A stretch of 63,179 nucleotides of DNA from Aplysia californica (Eukaryota): contig NW_004797304.1 in NCBI RefSeq assembly GCF_000002075.1, forward strand, positions 975,328 to 1,038,506. Direction: 5' to 3'. Shown piece by piece: positions 22,753 through 34,700 of the stretch. The position numbers and the translations under genes are program-made. The notes under the pieces are model-generated. The model was not told the DNA's origin, searched no databases, and was given only the letters and a program-made list of their open reading frames with translations. How positions within the stretch are numbered: position 1 is the first letter of the stretch; each line of letters begins with the position of its first letter.

Positions 22753-25700
22753 GTAAGTTGAAGATTATTGGTTGAAAAAAGGCTGTTTTTGGGCCTCGTG
22801 TGCTCTTGAGACAACAGGCAAGTAAAATGGTTGTCCCATTGGAAATTAAGTTTTTCAGAAGATGAAAAAGTACATTCTTCCCTGTTTTCTTTTTCCATCT
22901 TTTTTTTCCTCTACATTTTTAGTCTTCTTTACTATAGATGTGTATTTTCCCATATCAGCATTGCCATGCATGATATCATCAGACTTTTTGTAAAGTAATA
23001 GAACTGTGATCTTTGGCTGTACAGTTTAGTGACTTTTAAGCTGGGTTTCCTTTTCTCATGTGACTCCTAGTAAGGTTTACGGTTTTGTTGATTTGAGAAT
23101 TTATAAGACATGTTTGAAAAACATTTTATATGATTAAGATTTGTATCAAATTGCTTTATTGCTGTGCAGCAGAGAGAGCCAACATTGAAAACATAAAATA
23201 CTATACACTGTGAAATGCTTGTGGCCTATATTAATGTTTAGAGAGCAAAATGTGATTATGATGTATAAAAATAGTGAGCTCATAGTTGTTCTGTCAGGCG
23301 TAAAATTTGAAAGTAGCTAAAAGCTGACATATTTAATTATATTTCTTTTGTTGAAAACATTTTATTAGATCGAAGCCAAACGTCTGAAGTGCCAGTAACA
23401 GAGGAAGATGCCGATGAACAGACAGCTGAAGAATCTGAAGCTGTGACTCAAGATGTTAGCGAGCAGGAAGAAGCAGCAGAGTCTAGCGCTGTGACGGAGG
23501 GTTGTGCTGATGTGTCCGCAGAGTCAGGGACTCTTCCTCAAGCTGTGGAACCACCAGAGGAGGAGGTCACCGGTGCGGAAGCCGGAAGCTCAGTTGCACC
23601 CAAGCGGCAGAGGAAAGCCACGGCTAAAGTGTAAGGATCTTTTGCAGCGCCATCCGCACAACTTGAAGTATTTAGTCTTGCGTATAAAAGTACAAATATT
23701 TTGCTTTATTCAGCTCAAATGCCTCTTGTACAGAGCCACCCTTCAGTTATGCTCGTGCAGTTAGCCATTATTGATAAAGCTGTAAAACCTGGCCATTAAC
23801 TGGGTAAAATTTGCATTAAAAAAATTATGGTGGAACAGTGCAGACCTGCCACTCATCCCGATTTAGTCGGGATATCCCGATTTTTTGCCCCAAATCTTAA
23901 GCATCCTGATTTTCCCGATTTCGATGGCGTGTATCCCGATTTTTTGTCCCAGTCTGCTGTTGTGCCGGATTTTTCTAAAAACTTACTCTGCCTTCTCCTT
24001 TATCGCGGGAAGCACCCGTTGAACTTTTTGTCAGTAGGAACTCTGAGCACTATTTCCCGAAATATCGATGCCGCATTTAGTATTGACTCGCCCCAAGTTG
24101 TGTGTGATCTTTGCCCGCACTCCGATGATAGCCTGGTAACTGTTACAATTTGGGACATACAAATAATCGATAATATTCGTAGTTCCGCTGTTACTTTCAA
24201 TACAAGCCTTGTCCGAGGTCTGGTAACTGCGCGTTCACGCCAAACACTCGGACGAGCGACAGTGTTTCTAACCCTTATGCAACTACATGTAAGTGCGCTG
24301 ACAAGACTAACATACAGCCATTGTCGTTGCTTTAGTCTGAACACATTATGAGGGAAGAGATTTGTTGGTACAATTGGTTGGTCGGCCGCCATTGTTTTCC
24401 TAGAGTACTAGAAGTAGAACGACTGTCGCTCATCTGAGAGTTTTGTGTGAACGCGTATTTAAGTTAGTCAGACCCGTTAATAAAATAAATTGTTTCAGTC
24501 GCGCATTCGCGTCACGTGACATGACATCGCCGTGTGAGTTCTGCGTGTCGGGGACCGTCCGTCGTCCGTTGACAGGGTAAACGTAAGTTCATGTATTTCG
24601 GGACTTATTGGTGGGGGGGTTATAGACACTTGGACTAGGAGTACTTGACGTGATGCTTCAGGATTTACAAAAAATAATGATAACTCGCCCGCGCGCACAC
24701 ACACACACGCACGCGCGTGCATGCAAACAAACAAAGACACTCAGAGGGCATATAGGCCAAGTAATTTATGGACACCCCTGGAAAAATTTTAAGTCAGCTT
24801 TGGCAGTCACCTCAGTGATTTGCTGTTGATCCCGATTTTTTACTCCTAATCCCGATTTTTTCTCCCTGAGATCCTGATTTCGAGGTTTCATAGAGTGGCA
24901 GGTCTGAACAGTGTTTAAAAAGTGATGGATCCACCAGGGCAGTGCTACTGACTAAAGTGTCTTTAGGCCATTCCCAAAGGTGGGACATTAACATGTTCTT
25001 ATCAACAGTAGAATTGTAAATGGGCTGATTTATCGATGTCATGCTCATAACTGTGCCTGAACTGCAACAGGGAACTGCTGCTTTTTCTTTCTTAATCCTT
25101 GCTATCGTCATTTTTCCTTTATTTCTTTTGTATGTTTGTCAGTCTTGTCACTCTCTATTTCCGGGGTGCCTTGATAATCGAAGCTGACTTTGTGCAGACT
25201 TTGTGCGTGGGTGGTTGGCGGGTGCTCTGGTGTGGTTTGCTCCTTCTTTCCTATGAAATATCTATCGTTCTTATCTCCCCTTTTTCTTTTTTATGTTTGT
25301 TACTCTCTTGTAACACCTCTAATCTTCTGACGCTCATATGACCTTATACAGTTGAGAGCGCCGTAAAACCTTTACTCATAAAAAAAAAGACTGTGCTTTT
25401 GAAGCTAGAGTGGTGAGCAGAGTAAGCCTGATTCCCTGTAAAGACTTGTCTGTTAACATCCACCCCTTGGCGCTTGTATGACCTTATGCAGTTGCGAGCA
25501 CAGTAAAACCTTACTAAAACTAAACTAAAAAACTTTAAAATGGAATTTAGAGCCTTTTCTTTTTCTTTCTGTTTTTTATTTTCTTCAGATGTTTTTTCTT
25601 TACCATTGATAACTGATAAAGAGGTCCACCCTCAAGCCCTAGGACTGTTGGATTAACAACAACTGAAAAACAAACAATGTAGATCAGAATCTGGGATTCT

Positions 25701-28700
25701 TAAAGAAAACTTTGGTCACCCAAGAAGCTATTTGCCTTGCTTTCATAGACATGAATTTGATTCCATCTTAAGAAGACATTTTATCAGGTACTTTTGTCAT
25801 TTAAGTAGGATACCTTGCACACTGTTTGAGTTGGCCTCTGCAGGTAGAATTGAAATAGCCCTGCCTCCTGTATGATCTAAACTGTGTCGTGGAGGCATAA
25901 AATGGTTTCTTTTAATAACCATACCTATTTAATAGATTGGATTTTTTTTTTGTATGTACAGGCTCGAGATGGAAGAAGTGAAGATGCACCCAGTAGTGAC
26001 CCCTGGTCCTGCAAAAAGAGGCAGAAAGCCGAAAGGGAAAGCTGTACCAAAAACGCCTGAGCCAGCCAAACAAGCAGAACAGTCAGCGAGCCCTGTGGTG
26101 GACTCGCCGGCAACACCAAGAACGAAAACCAGAGAGCTGCCAAATGGATGGTCCATGAAAGCCGTACAGCGTCTGACTGGTGCATCTGCCGGCAAATATG
26201 ACATCTATTATTTCAGGTCTGTTGTCAGTTTCGTTATATGAAGTGATGGTTTACAACAATTCTTAAAACCGGAATTATTATCAATGTCAATTCCATTTTA
26301 ACAAAAATGTTCACCCTGGATTTATTTTTGGACTTTTTTCTCACCTGGCAGAATTCTGTTCAGACTTAAGAATCAGGTTTTTGACCTTTACATCCTGAGA
26401 CCTATTTCTTTGGGAAAGATGCAGAAGTTATGACTGTGAGGGGAGGGTGTGTTTTAGAATGCTTTGTGTACTTTTTAATGTATCTTTTTATCTCTTTAAT
26501 ATGGAGATGCTTTCAACTGTCTCTTCATGGTGTTTTACTTTGCTGTGGTAATGCTGTTTCACTTCTTTTTATGCTTTCTTTTCTTTTCTGTTCCCGCCCC
26601 CTCACTGCCCCTGTCACCTTAAAAAAACAACTTTTGTCCTCTAGTGTAGTGGGCACCTATATTTGTGTTAGTTTCTTTCAAAGTTCTTTTTACTGCTTAA
26701 GCACAATTATGTACCGGGGTCCATGGTTCAGTTTTTATGAAAGCACAGTTTGGAGCATCAGTCGCATGGGTTTATGTAGGTAGCGTAAACATGGCCTCGC
26801 GGGCACTCATGGCCTTCCGACTGCGTGGTATTGGTGAAATCGGGGTAATTGCGATCGCTGTTTCTTTGCTCTTTCGCTATAAAACACCAAGTGCCGTACA
26901 CCTTGTAAAAGTTCAGCTTTTCTTCGTTACAATGATGTAAGTTGTTTATATGTCCAATTATTAGGAGCTGGAGAATCGCCGACGAAAGTGAAGCCCCTCG
27001 CGGTCGGAATGTGTGGTCGGCCGGTTGAAAAATTGATACGCGTGCATTCAAATGCTTCGCGGAACGAGGGATGATTAAATACAGTCTTTTCATTGGCGAA
27101 GAACTGTAGAGCTTTAAACGGTCTTTCCCGTGGTATATATTTGGCCTTTGGCATTTAAATAGAAAGCTTTCAAAAATGCTGTCAAAATGTTGAAAGATCA
27201 CTTTTTACATAAAATATGTAAAGCACCGGCTTAAAAAAGGTATTAATTAAAAGATCAGTTCATTTTCTATAAGAATAAAGTAATCAGCTTGGAATTATTT
27301 TTCATCAATCCTTCCGCGAGACTCGGAAAGCATGTGACCCCGCACGCGGGGTACACTACAGTATAGAGCAGACTCGCTCGCCGCGGGGGCCGGTGCGGCG
27401 CCGGCCGGGTCAATGCTCGGTGTTTTTGTCGAAATAACGACAGGTCATCGTGTTTGAGGTGATAAAATACTGATTTGTAATGATCTCACAGTCTTAAAAA
27501 AAATTAAGCTCCATTTATTTGTTATAGTGATTGTACTCTGTTAATGTGGAGATGTTTGGTGCACTTGGTATTCTTTTATTGTCTGTCAAACATGGGGTTG
27601 CAGCCAGTGACTGACTTTAACAAATTTAAACAACTATCTTTTTCTTAAAAATTGACTGAGTGGTTAAAGAATGGTACCAAAATGCTCAGTCGATATAGGC
27701 CTTTCAAATGGAACAGATCAATTTGGCATACAGCTACTTTGAAAATTTAGTGTCTGGTACCTAGTTTATGTTGATTTTCTATAGCAGTTATGAAATCATT
27801 TATTATAATTTTTTTTTTTATTGAACAGCCCAGAGAATGTCAAGTGCAGGTCCAGGACAGATGTTACAAACTACGCTGTGAAATACAAAGCTGACCTAGA
27901 CATGGAGCTCTTTGAGTTCAGCATGTCAAAGCTACAGCAGAAAGGATTGGTTGACACAGATGATGTGGTGCTGGCGAGGAAAAAAAGCAGCTCTGTTCCA
28001 CAAAAGGCTGAGAAGGCTCAGGCTCTGAAAGTGAAGCCAGAGAGTGGTGTGAAGAAAGCCAAAGGTCGGCTGAACAATAAATCCCTGTTCAAAAATGCTA
28101 AACTGTCTATAGCGGAGGGAGAGGGGCATGTTCAAGCAAAGTCAAAAGGCTTATTCTCTAAGAAAAAACCTGTTGAAGTGGAGGACAGCCCGCAGAAACT
28201 ACAGAAACTTGTAATTAGAATGCCCTTTGGTAGTAGTAGCAAGGGAAAAATGACCAAGAAAGAGTCTAGTCAGATCTGCTCATACTTTGCTCCAGACGAA
28301 ATGGCAGCTGAGGCTGAGATGGTGACGGAAGAAATTCCAATGGAGGACGAGCAGTTTACAAAGTTGGTGGGAAAGGCTACTAAAAGGAAAGGGACTTCTC
28401 CCATCAAGGGAGTGCCAGTCAAGGGTCAACCAGGGAAGAAAAAGAAAATGGGGCGCCCGAAAAAGAACGCTAATGACAGCACTGAAAATATTTCTCAAGA
28501 CACTACGGCGAACACAAGTTTGCTGGGCTCGTCTTTAGATGCCTCTGCTATGGACACCACAGCTGACACCAGTGTTGTAGATCCATTCGCTTTCCCTGAT
28601 GATGATGATGATGTTCCAGAACCGAGTTCTATGCTAATGTCAAGTATAAAAAGTTCTGCTCCTGTACAGAAGAAAAAAGTAGGCCGCAAACCTAAGAAGA

Positions 28701-31700
28701 GAGGGCGCAAGCCCAAACAAAGCCCGGCAGCCCAAGTTGAGGCTCCGTCAGAGAGTAATGATGCTGAGGAACCTGCTACTGATGAGGTCATTCCTGCTCC
28801 GGAGATTGTTGCTGATGAAGCAGCACCTATGGTTGTAGAAGAAGAGCAGCCGGCAGCCCCTGAGGAGACGCCGATGGTCAGTCCCCCACCTGTTGTAGCT
28901 GTTGACACACCAGTTGTCAAGAAAAAGAGAGGCCGTCCGCCGAAACGAAAACCGGAAACAACCCCTGTTCCCACTGAGCAGGAAACCCCTGAATCCACGT
29001 TGCAGCAGACTGCTGATTCTTCACAACTGGAAACTCCTCCTGCGGAGAACGAGTCTGCAGAGGTGACACCAAAGAAGAGCGGTGTGGAGGAACTGTCCTG
29101 GGAGGACTACCAGAAGCAGTTGGGAGGTGAGAAGGAAGAACAGAAACCTGACACATCTCCACATTTAGACGACGAGTACGATGACCGGAAAAGTCTGCCA
29201 GATGAAGATACAGAGAATTCCATCTCAGACTTCCTGGCCCTTCAGAGCTATATCAAAGCCCCCAAATTTTTGACGGCTGATTACATGCTCAGTGATGGTA
29301 AGGAAGTTCAAATTAAAACAAATTATGTCTCCCTGATTTATAGAGAAAGTTTAAAAACTTTGTTCTGGTCTTTTGTAAACTCTAAGCTTTAATGAGCTCA
29401 CTTTTAGGCTTCAAGTGAAATTTCTCTTGGAGTGGAGTACTTTTTAAATGGCTACAGTCAAACCTGTGTAAAACGGCCACCCATTGTCATGGAGTTAAGT
29501 GGCCGTATAACACAGGTGGCTGTCTTATTCAGGACTGATCAAAATGAAGAAAGCAAACCATTCCCTTTTGAGGTCCAAACCGGGATTGATCTCAGGCTTT
29601 GGACTGCCGTAAGGCAAATTAAAAAAGGTTTTTGTTTTCTTTTGAAAAAGGAGGATTTGTTGCTGATTTTGCGCAAGGGCAAAATAGACGAATGTAAGAC
29701 AATGAAAACTGAGTGCCATAGTTAAACAAACACTGAGTCGCCACCGCTCATACAAGCGATGCTTTTGTCGCAAGTTAACGTTAACATCCATTGTTACTTT
29801 GTTACAGTTTAGGTAAACAAAACAGTGACCAGTCACCTCACATACCATTTGTTTATGAATTGTGGGCGCGGCTTATAGATTATAACGAATCACATGCTAC
29901 CTTAAACAGCAGTTGAAAATTTATTGTTACCCGTTGGTCAACTTGGGTAAACATTCATTGGAGAGACTAACAATAACGACAGGTTATGGATTATGACGGC
30001 CCATCCACAGCGCCACGGGCAGTTTAAAAATTTATGACAAAGCATCTGGCGATGTGTGACCACGCCTGGCCATCTGTGGCAGCATGGGTCTCAATATTCC
30101 GCTATTTAGCGGATTTCCGCTACTGCCATTTCCTCCTCTAAACTCTGCTACCGCGACAGCGGGTCAGTCAGAAAGAGAGTTGCTGGAAGCAGAGTGACTG
30201 CCAGGCCTCGGGAATTACCCGGGAATTCGAAAAAAATCGCAGAGACGCGGGAAAATACATGGAAGATCTCGAATACTATTTGAAAACCAAATCCGATAAC
30301 GTCTTTAATTTCATTTTTGCCGGTCGCGATTGTGATGTTAATTCGGCTTTTCCCGGTCTGAGAGTACGTTTCATGCGAACAAGCGGCTATGGCGGCAAGT
30401 GGAATTGTTTATGACACCGAGGCTCGACCGGAAAATCAAGATCTCAGAAATTTGTCTGTAAAAGTCTGAATACGCAACATTTGTAACATGCAGGTTCTGC
30501 ATTACAAACGTGGTGTCGCCATGAAAATAATGTTCGTCACTGTGCTGTCGCTTGTGGGGGCAACAAAAAAGAAAGAAAAAAAAGTTATACAAGCGTCTTG
30601 TCGGGCTCGTCATTGTGACCAGTCAATGAACCTGTGCGCGTTCTGAGCGCTGCGAAGTACAGGACTCCGGAGTGGGGGGAGATTATTGATTTTTAAAAAA
30701 AAGATACACTCGGGGATGGGGGGAGGGCTGGACACAACACCAGAGGACAAAAAAAGAAAAGAAATTGGAAGCAAATTTTAATGTTTAGAATTTTGATTAC
30801 TACTACAGCTCTCTGCAAAGTAAAGTGTGCGTTAGTGCATGCCTTGTGTATAATCGGGATCCGTCATAACTACTTGTAAGCGTGTTAATGAACTTACGGC
30901 AGGGGCCTAAGTGTTGGCATTTCATTGGATGGGTGACAGTAAATTATGTCTCTATATTTTAGCTTTTTGTTCAAGATTCGCAGATTTTCAGTGTCACTGC
31001 ATCTTGCCCTCCCACAGTTCTTACACCTCTCACACTGAATAGGTTTACTTGAGCTATTCAAGTTGTTACTCTACTTTGAATTTGAGCATCAATTTTGTCT
31101 TTCACGTTTATTATATGAATCATTACATCCAGACTGGTTCATGACAGTCGATATTATGGGTCTAGGCCTTTTCCCAGGCTCAAAACAAGATTCATTTTTA
31201 TATAGTTTATATATGCAGGCGAATATGATGAAGGTAAAATATAAATAAGTCGCACAAGACCACAGTGCGCCTCCACTTTCTGTACGTAATCAAGATTGTA
31301 AATATTTGGTAAGTGACTCTTACTCTTACTTGAAATTATCTTCCAAACCCTCAAATTGGTATGAAATAACCTTGCTTTGATAAATTGATGGTTTTTATTT
31401 CAACATTCTAGGGTCCAACAGTACAATAATAGTGGGTGTCTCGCGAAAATGGGCTTCTGTCGCGATCACGCGGAAAGTTCCTCCTTTTTAAAAATTCTGA
31501 GTTGAGACCCATGGGCAGGTAAATTTGGCTGTAGGCTGATAAAATAAGGTGGCCGCGGCCACATTGGACAGGTGATCGTTTTACACAGGTAAGATACATA
31601 TATTAAAAAAACACAAGGGGGGAAATGAAAAGTGGCCGTTTGTACAGGTGACCGTCATGGCAGATTTGACTGTTTAAACGTGCTATTGAAATGTAATGAG

Positions 31701-34700
31701 TTTATAATTGCCTAGTGATTTTGTTGGGGAAGAGCAAGATTATTAAAAAATAGCTGAAGAACGGAAGGATTTATGTACATAAACTGTGAGATCTCCATTA
31801 TTCCCAAAAAATTTGTATTCTAGAAAAAAAACTTAACCCAAGTATCGTTCTGAAAATACACTAAATCAATTGTTTGTTTTATTCTAAGTAGCTTCATGTA
31901 TGTTTCATGTGTTCTATTCCGTTATGGTTTGATTGCGAAAATTTTAGTCCCTTTGAGCCACTGTCAGTTGGGCACTATATTAATGCATTTTGGTATCATC
32001 AGTATTAATTTTTTGTTTGGCCATTTTGAGTCATAACAGAAGTTAATTTTTCTTCTTTCTAATTTGTTCGCAGCAATCAACATGAAAAGCAAGTATTTCA
32101 AGAAGTCCAACACAGACAATCTGGCTCCACTCAAACTGAGGCGAGATGATAAGTGGGTTCCTCCCCGCTCCCCATTCTGTCTCGTACAAGAATCTTTGTT
32201 CCACGACCCATGGAAGCTATTGATTGCAACTATTTTCCTCAACAAGACTACAGGTCAGTGGTCTTTTTTTTTGGTCCCATGTCCTGATTTCGGTGCCGAT
32301 ATTTGTAGGTTATGTAAAAATGTGTTGACATGGTGCAAGTTGTTCTGTTTCAAGAAAAACAAAACAAGAAAAACGCTACAAGAAAAAGTGGAGTTGTTTA
32401 TGGGTGGTGATCGTGGTGATGATCGCTTATAGGTCAAACAAATATCCGCCAGCAATTCCCTTTGTGGGAAAGGTGTTTTAAATTCAGTACACCCATCTTT
32501 TTTCTGTTATGAAGTGTTCGAGACAGCCCTGTCTAGCCCTGTGGTGCTGTGTCAAAACAGCCCAGTTCCAATTTTTAAGAATTGTGTTGAAGGGGGTGTA
32601 AAATCATTTTCAATCATTGTGTGCTACTCTTTAGTAAGTTACTCCGTATAAAAGTTTACCTTTGATAGTGTTGCACCTGCTGGTTAGTATGTGAATGAAG
32701 AGTAGCTGATTTTTCTGATTCTTTGTTGAACAAGGTTGAACTCATTGATAATGGCCATGTAATGTATTTTGGTATAACAAGACTTAAAGACTTGCACGTA
32801 AATGTACATTTTTTAAAAATTACTCAAAAACAGCCAGCTGCTCTGTTTGCATAGGAATGACAAGAATGTTTCCAAACCCAGCTCTACTTCGTGAAAAAAA
32901 ACCTTGATTTGGTTATTTTGAAGATTTATATTTTAACAAGCTGGGCCTCCTTTCGATGAAAGGAATGATCGGTGCATTAACATCAACTGAAAGTCATTGG
33001 CCTACTATATTTACACTCTTTTGGAATGGAGCAATAAATCTTGAGAGAAAAGTGACCCATGTGTTTCCAAGTTGCCAAATATATAATAGACAAAGGAGTC
33101 CAGAAAAAGCAATGATGGGCATCAAACGAAAGGATCACAGTCGAATTTAGAACGAAGTAAAAAAAACAACATGAGGCTAGATCTATACGGGTTGCACACT
33201 TAAAATAGTGCTCAGTATTGCGCAACAATGCGCGATGGTATCGAACGGAAGTACGGCTTGAAATAAACAAACCTGGCGGATTTTCTAAAATTAGAGACAG
33301 AAGCGTCAGCCTACAAAAGCGATCGGCGGAATAAAGAAATTTAGCTATTTGCACAAAACTGTCTCAAAACTGAAAAAACGAAAGGCGTCATGATCTGGAG
33401 AATATTTTAAAGAATCTTTTGGTGAAAACCACATGTCGAGTGATGAAGCCATTAAAAAGCCTTTTGAATAGCAAAATTCGGCCACCACAAATAGATAATA
33501 GAAAGTTGAGGCTGAAAGATGGCGGGTGGTTGGAGGGTGCCACTGGTAGGTCCTTTTTCTTTTCTTTCCTTCTGTTGTTTCTGTCTATTCTGTCTTGCTT
33601 CTTCACTGCACTATAAAGACCATTATGATTTTTCTTGGCGAGTCCAGGCACTGGTGGGGACACTGTTTGGTAAATGAGGAAAGAGCAGTGCATTTAGTAT
33701 TTATTGATAAGTTATTGTTCCTTGTGTTCCTTTGTCAGGTCGCCAAGCAATACCCACCCTGTGGAAGTTCCTCAACCGCTGGCCGACCCCGGAATGTGTT
33801 CACAGTGACGACCTTGAGGAGATGGCTTGCCTCTTGTTTCCCATTGGTCTCAACTATACTCGATCCAAGACCATCATCAGATTCTCAGGTCAGTGCTGAG
33901 TTTTAAAAAATAATTTTCCAATGCTTTTTTGTACCATTGACAATATAACTGATCAAGAGGTTCACCCTCAACCACTGGGCATTGGGCAGAAATGCTGAGT
34001 TTAATGCATTGTATTGGAAACTGAGGATTAGGGAAAATCAAATATTTGTGGTGTGGTACTCTGTTCACTAAAATACAGTACTAAAGTACTGTGCATCTTT
34101 CAAAACTTTTTTCCTCTATCAACATTGACTGATACAAAACGAGTGAAGAGAACAATGAAAGGGTGGTTATTTCATATGGAGGGGGAGGGGGGGGGGTTGT
34201 TCTCCAATTTTGTAATGATATCAGTATTTTTTGCCTTTTCTATTTTTGCTTATTCGTATGTAGAGTTGGTCTGGAAAGGGTGTGTAGGGTATGCTGGACT
34301 GCAAGGCAAAAGAAAGACACCTTGGTTAAATAAGGCTGTCTTTGATTTTCTGCCTGTTGGAACGAACATCATGACATTATGTGAAATGCTGGCCCCGCGG
34401 AAAATTGCATTTTTGAAATAGAAAAATTGCAAAAAATTGCAAGGTAAACCGCCTAAAAATTGCAAAAAATTGTAACCTTCCCATCCCAGGCGCATTAATA
34501 CGGGCTAAACATTTTTAGTTAAAAAACTTGACAATTTTGAGTACCGGTAGCATAAAAGCAGCACAGCCTTTTAAAAAATCATGACAAACAATACAAATTC
34601 ATCAAATGTTATTAACATTTACTAGTAACAACACACGAGTACATTAACAATAAAGTTATCAACCAAATATAATATGATAACACGTGACACAAAATAACGG

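Noticed and set aside
23827-24392. 174-aa and 130-aa ORFs
   Set aside because: They lie inside a non-autonomous TIR element; no recognisable domain
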